Below, piece after piece: positions 14,173 to 29,200 of a DNA stretch of 64,000 nt. The notes beneath the pieces were generated by a model that ran no database searches, was not told where the DNA came from, and was given only the letters and a program-made list of their open reading frames with translations. The translations under genes and the position numbers were made by a program. This DNA is from Paraspadella gotoi (taxonomy: Eukaryota > Animalia > Chaetognatha). Where the stretch lies: positions 14,586,414 through 14,650,413 of the forward strand of contig CM119263.1 in the NCBI GenBank assembly GCA_051294375.1, written 5' to 3'. How positions within the stretch are numbered: the stretch's first letter is position 1; every line of letters begins with the position of its first letter.

Positions 14173-14205
<33 letters not shown>

Positions 14206-17200
14206 TAAATATAAGTAATTTAATATATTATTGTACATAGTAAGGCGTAGTAAAATTTTTAAATTTAACTTTAATTAAAATTCTAAAAGTGAGGAACGAA
14301 CAACATTATACTAATGAACATTTCTGTAATAAAAAAATTTTTTAATAAATTTTATAATTTACGCAGTAGGCCATATTTATACTAGTAATAAACCAATATA
14401 TATTAAAATTTCAAAACAGTTTTTTTTTTAAATTTTTTTACAGATTTGGATTTGTAATAAAAAGTTGATAAAAATAAATATAAGTCTTTTTGAAAAATTC
14501 CTTCATAAAGTGGGTCAAAAATTAAAAAAACTATATTTTAAGCTGAAAATTAACTTTTTATATATTAAATATAGTTTTTTTAATTTTTAAAAATGATTTA
14601 TTTTTTCTTTCATCAACTTTTGACGAGGAATTCAAATCTGCAATCAAAATTAAGAAAAGCCGATTTTATAAGGATAGTACTATATATAAATATAGCCTAC
14701 TGTGAAAATTAAAAAACAAAATTAATTTTTTTTACAAATTAATATTCACTGATGGTATGTTGTTTATAATTGACTTTTAGAATTTTCGTAACTTTCACTA
14801 CGCCTTAGTACATAGTATCCCACCTCATAAGCTTTGTCTCTCGCGGCGATGGTGGCTTCGTGACCAATTGTGCGTTTGGCTGTGTGTAAGGAGGTGGAGA
14901 GGGCGCCCTCGGCGTCTTCCCCGCCCTCGGCTTCTGCGCCAATGTCCATTTTGGATTCTGTTTTTACATAAAAAACATTAAGGAGTGGAGTAAGTAGAAC
15001 TGCTTTTATATAACTACAAGAAAATCTAAATGGAGATAATTTTTTTTTAAATTTCTGTGGAACAACAAACCAGGATCATCTCGTTCCGGGCCGAGTTTTC
15101 TCGGCGAGTCCCCGTCATTCGGTACGACCCCAACTGCGGAAGTAGGGCCCAATCCGGGCTTAACTGGCGCAGCAGCGGAGGCATTAGGGACGGACGGAGG
15201 ACCAAACTGGACTCGATCGACCAGTTCACGCTCCGGGATTCCTTTCCAAGTTCCCGGACCCCGTGACATAGTAGTCGTCTTCGTCTCCCGCTGCAGAGCC
15301 TCGCCGGCCGCGCGGCGACGCAACAACTCGGCAGTCTCCAACTTCTCAGGTTCGACTTCTGTTCAGCAAAAAATGAAGTATAAATAAAACAAGTTTAACA
15401 TTAAAAACAAGCAAAGCAAAAATGGAATTACATAATTTATAACATTTTGCTATTTTAAATGTTAAGTAAGCTTACTGCTGAGGTGGGTTAATCATCAGTG
15501 GCCTTTTAATTACTTTTTAAAAAGTAAAACTTAAAATAATTTAACTTATTATTGCAACGGGAGTCATTGTGGAATGCCCGAGGTGTGAAGCATCTCCCGA
15601 CAGCTGGCACTCAGGGCTTTGGACGTCACTCAGTACTGTGTCACTATGTTAGCACTATCACACTTAACCAGAGTGTCTGAGAGAATTGAACCCTTAACTC
15701 ACGGTTGATAAGCGAGAACTAGCTGTCCAAGCTAATGGAACGAGCTAAGTTTGACCAGACTATACGGGAGGCGAATTTAGGATGCACCATATTATATCAT
15801 TTTTATCATTTTTGCGGACCCTTAGTGACCGCCTCCTGTCACAGTATTATACCACTTTGCGTTGTATAGTTGCCCCCTTTATTTCTAGAACACAACACGC
15901 ACATTCCTATCCATATTCTAAAAAACCCAAATTTTAAATATTTATATAAATAAAATATAGTAATTAGTATAGGAAGTAATTTTTTCAAATTTAATATACA
16001 TCTTTAGGCAGAATCATACTGTTGCAATGAAATTTTAACATATGAAATTGGCAATACCTATACAAAGATTACCCATTCATTTAATAATAAAGCCATCTTG
16101 CATGCTGACAAAATAAAATATTGATAGGGCAATCTTTTTTGGATTGAATAGGCATGGCATTTAAGATCCATATTGCAGCTTAATATATAAGAAAAATAAG
16201 CCCTTGCTTCGTTTACTAACGAGATCGATCCGCTTGCAGAGCGAGAGTTATGAAAAAAAAAAGACGACGAATATCCGTCATCATCGTGGGCTTTTTTCTC
16301 TTCCTCCTCTCTGCCATTTCATCCCCGCAGATTCCCTCCTCTCTCCAGACTTCCAACTACTACTAGAGTCTCACGGCTGACAAAATCGCTTTACGATGTT
16401 CGAAGGGAAATAAAAAATTTAAAGAAAAACCCTCTGGAAACAAGAACTGAAAACTGAAAGGAATTTTATTTTTCGTAAAGCCCAAGATCGGAGGGGAAAA
16501 ACTAATAATTTTTATTTGGATTCAAACTCGCGAAATGAATTAAATCGCAGTCACGACTCGAGTAAATAAAAACAAACCAAAAAAATAAATTTATCAAATA
16601 TAGAAATATCCAAAATAATTTTTTTTGAATTCTCGTTGTGCAACCTTGGTTGCTCGTTTAGGAAGATGATGATTAAACAACTACCGAAAATCATAACCAT
16701 AAAGTGAACGACATGAATCCACCTTTTTATATCCTGTCAGGAGAGACGAAAACATGATCGACCACGTCGCTTCGTTTAATTTCGCTTAAGGATATCATTC
16801 TTTTGCCCATCGCGCAAATAAAAAAATAACAGTTCCATTCACTCCTTTAAAAAGATCCTGGTCTAATTCGAGTCATCCTTCAGTGAAATGGGTGGCACGG
16901 GAAAAAGAGAAAAATCAAACATTAATACGTGCTTGGTTACACTGCACTAATAAAAAGAATCCGAAACTTTTCTAAAGTTAAATAAAAACTTTTTCATTCA
17001 CGCCGAAACAAAAATCTCAACCAAACTTGATCGGGGCTCGACGAACGGTGACTGCACGAATGCACGGCGAATTAGGCAGGACGTCAAAAACAGGATGTTC
17101 TAATTTTATCTTCAAAGAACTACAATTTCGTTCCAATATTAGGAGCGCTTAAGTTAAGCTGAATTTGAATCGTCATGATTCGCGTAACGTCTTTCTCAGT

Positions 17201-20200
17201 CAGTCGTCATCTGGATAATTTTATCAAGTTTTATCACATTTCCTTCCCCTCGCATCTACTCGCATAATTATTTTCTTTTTTTTTCACAAAAAAAAACCCG
17301 TAGTAATCAGGGATATAATCGAAAGGCGAAATCAATCGACTAACCTGATGATTTAAGACTTAGGAAAAAAAAATTATGAGAGTGAAACTTCAAAAATCAT
17401 CAACGAATCCTGACTCGGTTCAACATTTTTCTCATTCCTGCTTCCCTACGACCGGCGTCACCGCGTAAGGTCCGTTCCGACGAAGAGAAAAACGATGACG
17501 TTGAAAGAAGATTTATCCTGGTTACGAATTTTGTTACTTATTCAAACCGTTAAAACATTCGGCGCCACGAAAACGCAGCCGCTTTGCCTGGACCGATATG
17601 AATGGGAGGCAATTGAGGGGAATAAATCCGCTATATTTTTTCTAACTTCTCGGAAGGTATTCTTACAAATATATAATATACTATATAATAAAATATACTT
17701 ACAAATACGTATATTTGTACGTACGTAGAACCAATGATATTGAATCTAAGATTTTAAATCTATTTCTATTTCCAAGGATCAAAAAAATGGAACATGCGAG
17801 TTAAGGTTTACGACGGATTATGACGAAACTCTCTCGTTGTCAGTGGAGGAAATGTTTTTTCCCTGTGATTATGGACGATCAAACGGGGGTTCAAGAGCCA
17901 TCCCGAACAACTACTTACAATTTTTGAGTCATGAAAACAAAGACATTGCCGGAATTCGCTGGTGTGGCAAGTTCAAGGGTAAAATTCCCATTTTCGACGG
18001 CCTTAATTGCCCCTAAATTACTAGGATAAATAGCTCAGCAGGCCAAAAATCAGATTAACGGGATTCAAGCGACTATGCTAACTATAGTTTCGGGGTTCTT
18101 TGTCAAAACTAGAAACAAATTATTTTTGGGAAGAAATTGAATTTTAATCACTTAGTCGTCGCGTCCGAAAAAGCGATAAAATATTCTTAAGATTTTCACG
18201 CTTTAAAAATCAATATTAAAATTCAAAAACTTTTACTTGGTTAAACTTTCACAATCAGATTTTGTATTATAAAATATAATTTATGAATACTGGGAAAATA
18301 CCAAAATCACCAAAGCAGTCAATGGACTCTCTTTGGGATCAACATATTCCATTTCAAACACGATTTGAGCTGAGCTGAGCAAAAACGATTTATGTCATTC
18401 ATCCATTTCGGCCAAAATGAGATGGCAAGATTAGATAGGAGAAACGAAACTTTGGAATGAATAGAAAATTTTTTTTCGATTAACTATGCATATGACTAGA
18501 CTATACAGTCAAATTGAACTATATTAAATCAGTACTACTGAATATGATTGAAAAAAATTACTGTTACAGGCCCGAACCTTATATACGTCAGCCCGACATC
18601 TGTGATTAATACCGAAGGAAAAAACTACAACCAAAATTTTAATGAAAGTATTATCGTTTCAATATTTACAACCAAGTGAGTTTACGAGAAATTATATTTT
18701 TAAATAATTGTTTTCTTAAATATTTTTTCTATAACACCTGTCCACAGCGCATCTCAGTTTGGGTGGAATTTAACGTTCTCTTTCGAAAAGAGAAAAAGGC
18801 CAATTCCACCGGAATTGTTAACAAAAAATCCTGGAGGAAACGTGACCTTTGTTTGCTATGATGCCATCGAGAAAAAACAAGGGAAAAGCTTAGTTTTAAA
18901 ACACTTTAAAATAGAGGTGAGGTTTTTGGATTAGTTACAAGTTAGCCCTTGAAAAAAAATAATAGTTTTTTTTTATAACAGTTTCTTTTTCTTTCATGTA
19001 AACGGACTTCTTTTGGTTTTCGCAGGGGAATATAACAAAGTCTACAGATTCGCATAGACTCCGGGTCCAACCAGGTCACGGGAAAACGACTTTTATACTC
19101 AACAACGCGACCAGGGAGGAGCAAGGTATATACGAATGTTGGACGACGTTACAAAGCACATCGGGAAAGGAAGTCAACCTACGTTATCAGAGTTACAGAT
19201 TGGAGTTGGAGGACGACTTCCAATCCTCTTCTTTGACGTCAAACGTCATGAGTGACGACAAAACCAAAGGACCAATCTTACCTCGTCACGATTCTCAACT
19301 TATGGAAAATATTACGGAATCTCCGCGAACCATCAAAGCACATGTCGAAGAAAAATTACAAACATCGACTGTACAAGGTAACTATGCTTAGAAATTACAA
19401 TTAACACGATCGTTCAGAGAATACTTAATTATTTATATAATTATATAATAATTAGTATATTTCTAAAGTGCTAAAGCTAAAATTTGTTTAACTTTTTAGG
19501 TATAATGAACTCATCAAAAACTGAAACTTCTACGTCAAATTTAGACAAAAAGGAAAGGGTAAATTTAAATATCGCTAGAGTCAATTCATCAAACATTTCG
19601 GATTCAACACTAAGCGCAAACGATGAATCGAACGGCTTATACAACAACACTTTAGATATGGTTAGTGAGAATGTGACAAATCAGTCAATTGCAGCAGCAA
19701 CTTTATCCGATAAGCATGAAGCTTCCTTAATGTCAAATGTGAATGTCACTATTGAGACAACAACAGAGTATAATTTTGAGGACGAATCGATAACTTTAAT
19801 TTCCTTTAGCAAGGAAACAATTCAGCAAAAAGATACTCCATCTGAATCAGCAAATAGAAAATCAACAACTGATTCCAGTACAATTGAGGAATTAAACGTC
19901 ACTGTAAAAACTGCGGCAATATCGCCGAAAGTTTCAGAGCCTTTTGATATAATCGAGGAAAAAAAGCACGACCGTTCACCGTCGTTGATCGACAAAACGA
20001 TGGAGAACTCCACCGCGAACAACGAAACTATCAAACAATTCATGGAAACGTTACCGACCGTGAAGTTGCCACTATCCACCGAACTTGTCACAAAATCAAT
20101 GTCAAAGGAGATGCTAACTCAAAGCGAGTTTTCCACTCGTTATGACGGCATTATCACTACCGCAGAAACCGATGTCCGTGTCAAAGAGACGACCCTCGTG

Positions 20201-23200
20201 TTCATACTGATCACAGTCTGCGTCGTAGCTGCTATTCTCGCCACCATTTTCCTGTTTCTCGGTTGTCTGCGGCGCAGACAAAAGGCTAAAGACGTGGGAG
20301 TTAAAAATTCAGGTAAGAAATCCCATATTTCTTAGTTAAAAGACCAATTAAATTTCGACTAATTAAATGGGTATTTTGCACTAATCAGTCCTGACCTTAG
20401 CCTCACTGGATCATAAACCATTGACCATGTAAAGTAGGCTCAGCATCTCAGGCCGTTATCGTTGAAGAATAAAGTCTTTCTTGATCCAAAAAAATGTTTT
20501 TTTACCTTTAAGCTGATGATTCAAAATCGGTTACGAGCCTGTCGATTGTGAGGCACCCTAAAGGCTCCAGCGCCCGGCCAACACTTCCAATTTCGCCTAC
20601 GAACGAACCGCCAACGCTTCAACAAAATTACGGATGGGTGAGAATTTTCAAACTTTTTCCTCTATCTCTTTCCCTCTCTTAATTGTTTTCTTTTTCGGTT
20701 CTCGCAAATATTTGCTTTGAACCGCCTATCGCTTTCCTGATAAGAAAGAAGACGGAAGATGTTCTGCGAATCTGAAAGATGCATATGAAGAAAAACATAA
20801 CGAAAGTCGAGTCGAAATGAAACTTTTTCTAAATCAGGTTTTTTCGTCTTCATCAATGGAGGGTTTAAATGAAGAAAATGAAGCGCGACAGCGCCATTCA
20901 CTGGCGTCAAACAATAACTACAAAGAGCCGTCGATCGTCGTCATCGCTCACGGACCGACGAGCTTTTACAAAAGAGGCCAGTTACCCTCGCGATTCAATC
21001 CATTCGAGTGGCCGGCAAACGAGACAATTCCGTTGCCAGTCGGCAACGAATTAGGATCGAGAATTGGATCAGTACATTTTGGAATCAAGTATGAGTTTGT
21101 TATTATTTTTAAGAAAAGCAGCTCTATTTATGGTTTATTAGGGCGAGTTCTATGTTTTATCTCTGATACTTTTTCGTTACAAATAAATATATAAAGATGA
21201 ACATTGAACTTGAAGAGACAGTAATGATTGTTATGTGTTAGTGAGAGAACCGTTCAATATAAGCAATCCCTGAGCTTCGGATCAGGCTGTAACACCGTGT
21301 TACAGGCGGGTTAAGCGCCCCGTCCCTCTTAACTGCTAGGCGGCCACCGGGCTAGAACCCCAGACCTTTGGGTTGGGAGGCGAATGACTTTTTTTGCTGT
21401 GTAAAAAATTTATTTTACCAAACCTTTAAAACTTCGTGAAGCCTCTTATCTTATCAAGGAGCTACTTCCACATTCAATCCAACTTTAACCTCTCTAGGTC
21501 CCCTCAAATCCCAGTCGGGCTCCCAGATCCACCCGGCAGCTTAACCTCATTCTTCCTGGATGGAAGCGAAAAGGAGTATCGGTCTCGACTCGATGAATGG
21601 AGCGACACAGGCCGAGGTTCTCGTCATGAGGAAAAAATTGACGTGGGAAAATTATCTCAGTTGGACAAGGTCGAAGGATCGAGCCTGACTGGCACAACGA
21701 GTCCGCCACCCGAGGACGATGACCTCCAGGGTGACGTCACATTCGACTTTCGCAGTGAAACAGGAAGTTTCGCAGGCACCGATGGTTCTCCCTTCGAAAG
21801 GAACTGGCGCAGCGAGAGCGAAAAACTAACGGGATGCTCTTATGTTTGAAAAAAGACTATAAAAGGGTGACCGTGCTTCCTGACGACTACCTTTCCGTTT
21901 TATTTTATTCTGTGATAATTATATGACAATAATAGCGATGTTTACTGATTTCTGTCAAAACGTTTGTTGTTGATTTTTAAAGTGCCCACCAACACCACTC
22001 CCCCTCCAAAAAAAAAACCTTGTATTAGATACCGTAGTTATAACGTTTTAAAATTACAATTACCATTTTCTAATTCTTATTTTAACTTACTGTAGGACTG
22101 AATTTTCTCTTCGAAAGGCAGATGCTTTTTTGATATATTTTTATACTGGCCGATGTAGGATGACAGGAATATTCTTAATTTTAAGTTTCATGCAAATCGA
22201 ATCATGAATATAAAAAATATTAAAATAAAACGCCCCTTCCATGGAATGTTTTTTTTATTCAAGATTTTTAAAAAATCTGATTTTCAGTTAAAAACTCTTA
22301 GAACTCCAATCACTAGTTTTTCTTTTACTTTTAGTGTAAAAATAAATTTTGCTCAAATGGAGCAGTTCACTTTACCCTGATCGTATCATATTAAAATAAC
22401 TAAATAAAAGGTAAAAAAATTTTGAAAGTACTTCAGACAATTAGCCAGAGGATTCCTGAATTTAAAGTCATTTGTAAAACTGGAACACTTCATTAACGTT
22501 TATATTGTTTTGAAGGGAAAAAATCCTTTTCATTTTTATATAAAATCAGAAATGAAAAAAATTTGTCATAAAGAAGCAATATTTGTTCCGGCTCATTTGC
22601 TGTCTAAATGTTGGTTATTTGACAAGAGAAAAAAAATGCAAGATCTTCAGATACAATGCTATCAAAATCGAGCGTTTTTATATCAATTTTTTACCAGAAT
22701 TTTTCTCAAGGGCGTTTGTTTGGTAGTCAGATTTGAACGAAAATTTCCATTGAAAAAATATTCCTCGATTTCTAAGAACGACGTCAACTCCTACTTAGGA
22801 CCTACTTAGTACTTACTGCCTTGATAAACTTCATCAACGGTGACCTGCTCGTCGAATAGAAAAAGCAGCTCTTGTGCCTTAGCCGACAATTCGCTTACAA
22901 ATGCTTCTGCCGATTCCATTAGGAGCGACTGCGGAAGAGATGATTTCAAATGAAAATCTAACATTATTTAAATATTATTTATGAATTCATTGAACATTTT
23001 TATCTGGTTAACACAGTATTAACAAATCCAAATTTGAATAATTTCGGTAACCTTGATTTGATCGATGGATTCTTCCAAACCCTCGGCCATCTTGCCCTTC
23101 CGTTCCTCCTCGGCCTCCACCAAAGCCTGGAGTTCTGGTTTGAGGTGCGGATGCCCCAGGTTTGGCCGAAGCGTTCGGTGGTGGCGGAGCTAAAAAAGTA

Positions 23201-26200
23201 AAGAGTATTTACATTTAAAAATCTTTAAAGTATTGTGATCTCACCAGACGTTACTATGGGGATGCGCATAGTTCGAGTTGAAGTTTCAATTAAAAACTGC
23301 ATACTACATACAATCATTTTAGCCCCAATTTTGTTGTTTTGATATTGTTAAGCTAAGCTACTTAAATTGCTTGCCAAAAAGCCTGAGAATGAATCTCTTA
23401 TAAACCAACTGCTCTTCTGGACCTTGTACAGTAAGCAGAACAAGATTTCCAAATTTGTATGTTTTATTGGTTAAAATTAGAAAAAACAATAACAATTATG
23501 GTACGATAATGATTTTAAAAAGTTTTTTCATTATTTGACCTACTTATCATCAAAATATTGAAAAACGTATTATACTTTGTGTAAACAGCTTTTATGGGCT
23601 ATCTGAATCCGTTTTTAAAAAATAAAATTTTTAACAAATATTTTTATTATATTTTTATTTTTATTGATAAATATTTAAATGCTTCAATATTATACTGTGC
23701 TTCACTAGTTAAAGTGATATTAAATATTGATTAAGTATATAATGGAAAAATTAATTTTATATTACAGAACTCTTAATGATAAAAAGTAATCAATTTTGGC
23801 CCGCCTTATTGTACAGGTCAAAGCTAAAAATATTTATACTGGAATCATGGAAACTGAATAAAAAATTATTTATTGCGCTTTATTATTATATAAGCGTTTT
23901 TATTTGAGATATTATTATATATTATATTATATTATTATTAAGAAATGCGATGAGCCATCAATTTGACGACTGACGTTTATCTCGAAGCAGTGATCTGTGT
24001 TACTAGATTTGGCTCACGGGGTAAGATTCACAAAAGATTCTCACCCTCTCCTGCTCGAGGTGGTGGGCTTGCTGACCCCAGGCAGTCTGCAGGCGCTGCA
24101 ATCTTTTCCTCAGCACCTCGGCTCGCCGCCGACGAACGTCGCCGACTGAGAGCGACGGGATTTCCGAAACGGAATTTTCAAAGGAGATCAGCTGCTCTCG
24201 AAGATCCAGTACGCAGGAGTTGTGATACGACTTGGCTTGATCGTAGTAATTCTGTCGGATTTGATAAAGTCATAGAAAGATAAAAAAAATTGATGATGCG
24301 GCTGAAAAATGGACGCTTTGTTTTTCAGCGTTCGCAGATTGTGAAAAAAAAACACCTTTCTAAAATTCCTAAAATATTTTATGGGCTTTCATTGAAGATC
24401 GTATATATTATATTAATATATATATATATATTATTTACGAAATAAAACGAAATATGCAAAAATATCTTTTTTTCCTTTAACGAAAAATGAAGAAAGGACT
24501 AAAATTTATATTACTGAATAGTTACCAAAGAAATTACCCTTTCTGTTTAGCCTTTTAAATATTAGATTAATGATTTTTTTACAGAAATGATGTGAGATAT
24601 CTATTTAGCAAACTAGGGCAGGAAGTAATATAACCTTGTATTGTATAGATGCTCCCTCTATTTCCAGAAAACAACACAACCTCTCCAATTAATAATAGAA
24701 TATTTTAAGATTTAGATTATCAAAAACCAAAATTTGTAAAAAAATAGTAATAATAATAAAAATAAACAAATATAGGATTTGTAATAATAATCAGAAAGAG
24801 CCGGTAGGACTTCGCACCCGAGAACCTCCTCCTCATCATTCTCTTCCTCCTCCTTCCCGGGGATTCAGGGTCGAGCCCAGGGTTTAGGTTTAGGTTCTTC
24901 ACTCACGCTTCTTTTTTTTTTCCTCTCCCCGGTCCTCTCCCGTTCAGTCTTTTGACTCCCTTTTTTCACCATTTTCCTTAGCAGCTTACAATATACATTT
25001 CCCTTTCCCACAATTTTTCCTCGTCCTTACTTACTTAGACCCAGTCAGACCTACTCGACCATTGTTAGTTATTAAAAAATTACAAAATTGCAAAATTACA
25101 TGTTTCACCATTTTAAGTTTTAGATTTTATGATATTATTTAAAATTAATAATTTTTTAATTTTTTACTAATAAAAAAATTTAATTCGAGCACATTTCTTT
25201 AAAATTAAACCTTAAATCCCCGGAAAGACGGTGGAGCGATACGTAAGTAGCTATTAAAATTTCTTTTTTCTGAAGTTCCAAACTGTCAGAAATCACTCGC
25301 TTACTACTCAAAAGTCAGCAATAATCATTAATAAAGGTTTTCAAAAGGCCTCGATCTTCAATATTAATGGGCAACCTGTAGTTTTCCAGTAATAACTTCG
25401 GCGCATTGATCAAAATTCTCTTGAATGGCGTTCGGTCTTGTTATAGTACGGGAGCCTTTCTGTCGATAAAAAGCGTCCGCTGTCGCCAAGAGACCTTCCT
25501 GCGCCTCTTGAAGGATTCGGGAAACAATACCGAGGAAATGAGTGTTCGGATCCACACTAGGGTCGGTCCCTGAGAAATAGGAATTCGTTTAATAATCGGG
25601 AGAAATTCGGCCCTTAAATCATTCCAAATTATTTCTCATCTAAATTTGTTTTCAGATTACCTGATAATGCGTCATTGGGTCCAAATAGTAAGTACTTCCG
25701 GTCAATTTTAGAGCCTCCTTTGCTGTTAAATTGTTTGGATCTGTAAATATGTACAATCTGTAAATCTGTACAATAACTGGCAAACATTTACAAACTATTG
25801 ACTTGAATAAAAGTGAGAGAATCGCTAAAACTAATATGAAATAGGAATACCCGATTTCCTCGGTGATGCGGAAAATGTTCACAAAGAAAGGTATTTTTTA
25901 ACGGTAACAATTCTAAACTACATACATGGTGACAATTTTACAAGCGCCGGTAGAAATACGCTATCATTTGCAAACCAGTGGTTATTTCATTGATTTTAAA
26001 ATTTAGTTGAGTAGAAAATACTAAAACTATTTATGTATTAAAATTTTATATTGATCAGTTAAGATATGCCTTGACAATGAGTGGAGAAAGTGAGCTTTTC
26101 AAATCGGGTTTTATTTTCCAACTCGCTGTTTTTAAATTTTTTTTTTTTTTGGGAACTTTTAGCACTTTTTTAAACAAAGTATTTATTAAAATATTAATAA

Positions 26201-29200
26201 TAAGTAAGTATATCAATCTCTTCATACTTTTAAGGGCTTTCTGAAGATATTAATATTGTTAATATTTTAATAAATACTTTGTTTAAAAAAGTGCTAAAAG
26301 AAAAAAAAAAAAATTTAAAAAAAGTGAGTTGGAAAATGAAACCCGATTTGAAAAGCCAACTTTCTCCACTCATTGTCAAGGCATATCTTAACTGATCAAT
26401 ATAAAATTTTTAACACATAAATAGTTTTAGTATTTTTTACTCAACTAATTTTTAAAATCAATGACAGTATATTTCTACCAGCGCTTGTAAAATTGTCACC
26501 ATGTAATGTAGTACATATACATTACATTATACATTATACAAGAGATTACTAACCTNNNNNNNNNNTACATTACATTATACAATATACATTATACAAGAGA
26601 TTACTAACCTATGGATAACATGCAATATTTTTTTTGGGGGGGGGATTTAGTGCTTAGAATTGGAGAAAAAATTACCGAGGAAAAACGGATAAAGATGTCA
26701 AAATACCCATCATCGGTCGGCGGTTGCGGTGTCGCTTTATCTCTGTGCGGTGAAGCGCGATTGGCGTTAGCAGGAGAGTAGTGATTAGGTGGCGGGAGGT
26801 GAGGAGACACTTAAAATGCAACATGGGGATTGAAAACGAAAGGGTGCAACTATAAAAAACTGTGCGACACTGATTCATAAAAACTTTAAGAAGAACAAGG
26901 GGAGTTGGAAATGGCATTTTTTTAGACGGAGACGAAAACGTGATGAGTGATACCTCATCGCATGTATCCCGGATGAAAGCAAACCACCGACGGTTCCCAA
27001 AGCAGGAGATATGGGTTCCGATCCTCCGTCCTCATTTTTCGCTGAGGGATGGCTACTCAACGCATTACCGATTCCTTTAATACACACAATTTTTTGAAAA
27101 TAAGAAAAACCAAATGGGGCTGCTTTAAGCTTTACCTTTCCCAGCTAGAACCTTCATCAATCCTGGTTTTATTGAAGATCCGCTATTATAAGAAGGACCA
27201 GAAAGGACAGGAACGAACAATGTGAGAAACAAACAAAAAGATAAAAAGCCATTACGATGAGAATAAGTAAATAAAACATGAATAACAGTGACTAGGACTG
27301 CGCAAGAACATTTAAGATGCAAGGATTAAGTACTGTATTGCTTAGGTTCTACACAATTGCTTTAACAATATACAAGGGTCTAAAAGTAGAAACCCAGCTA
27401 TAATTTTTTTCATGCCAGACGATTTTCCATCATCAAAAGATGAAGAACGTCTACTAAGTAATTAATTTTTTTATTCACCAACTCACCAGGAACATTAAGG
27501 AATTTTTTATAAAGACGAAGAAAAGAACTTTATTTTGGGGTGTGGTTTACAATCACCTTCTACAAAACCTACTTATCTATAGTGATCATTGAGCAACGCG
27601 CATTTTCACTAAATCTTTAACCAATGAACATCAGAATATGAGTCGCCACAGAAGCTTAAAGGCGAACATTCAAAAACTAGGTTTATCTCGTTGGGACTAA
27701 GTGACCATTGTACTCACGGAGAAGCCACTTTTCTGACGGAGGATTTTTCAGCCAATTTTTCGGTGGCGGGAGCGGGTGCGGCTCCGTCGCCAGCAGCAAT
27801 ATTTTCCTGGCTAGCTGTCACAGCCGTCCCGCGTCTAGACGCGTCTTTCCTATTGGCGCCCCCTAGAGTAGGCAGTATTCAATATGTGCATGTTTAAAAA
27901 TAGCCTTCAACCCTCAGACAATCTGTAATTTTATACGATTATTTAATGAGAATGAAACCATAAAAGAAACCCACCTTGTCCGTGAGCACCAGATTCAGTG
28001 TTTCCACTGGATACTAGAGGTAAGCGCAGCATAAAAAAATCAATCAAGTTTCATCAATTAATTTCTAATAATGAAATGCAGGTTTGGATGAAAATACAAA
28101 ATAAGTGGGAGTGAAAACACAGATACCATCTCGTCGGCATACTTCAACATTCAACATAATAGATAACTCAAGTTATAGAACTTAAATAATTAAAAAGTGT
28201 TAGTGAAACTTGGGCGATTCGTAACAAACGGGTAGTGCTCGAAAAAAGCACAAGGTAATTTTAGCTATTTTTACGATACGCCACATATGTGATACAATTT
28301 CGTTACCAACGCCACTTTTGTCAAGGAATGAAAAACGATCGTCAAGTAGATTGTTGTTTTTTTCGTTTTGATCAAGGGGTGAAACTTTAGAGATGACATG
28401 CATCACGGAAAATTTCAGCCTCAGCCTGCCGCTGGAAGGTTCCACCGCGGAGGAGAAAGGCTGCTTCGACTTAGATTCTTTGTCTAAGCCGAAGGAAAGC
28501 GAAAAGAAATTGATACTGTGAGACCCCGAAATTCGTAACTTTTAAAATTTACATGCCAATTACGAAATTCGTTAATATTTTTTTTCTGTTATCAGGTATG
28601 GCTCCGGGGGAAAATGGCTCAAAGAATTAAATAAATGTGTTAAAAGAGTCGAAATGCACTCAATTGAGACTTACCACGAACATCAGGTGCCCCTTCAGGT
28701 GCTAAAAAGTAGTGGAAAATCAACGTTTGGTTCTAAATAAAATTTTCAAAAACCGTTTGGATTCCTGATTTTCTGAATCTGGAAACAAAGAGATTCTAGA
28801 CAAATCTAGGGAGTAGACTATGACAGAAAAAGGCCTTTTACAATACGTCCGCTTACATCTGTTCATGAAAATAGTGAACTGAGAAAGGTTTTTGAAGCGA
28901 GAATGGCTTGCTTCAGAAAGGAAAGGCAATATTCAGTTATTAAGACGAACAAACAACACTTTTCAGATTATACATACTTCATTTTAATTATAAAATTTAG
29001 AGTACTTACATTCATCATCTTTGTCGACATCAAGTCTAAAACCGACGCCTTTCCCTCTGTAAAAGAAAGAATTTTAAGGGTAAACATTAACTTGTTCAAT
29101 AGAGTGATGTGAAAATATATATAAATAATTATATAAAATTAAAATTTAGCATATATTTAGCATATATAGCCCGACTACAGAAAAGAAAAACCCTTAAAAA

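Noticed and set aside
26505-26610. Direct duplication around the N gap
   Set aside because: Most likely a contig-overlap artefact
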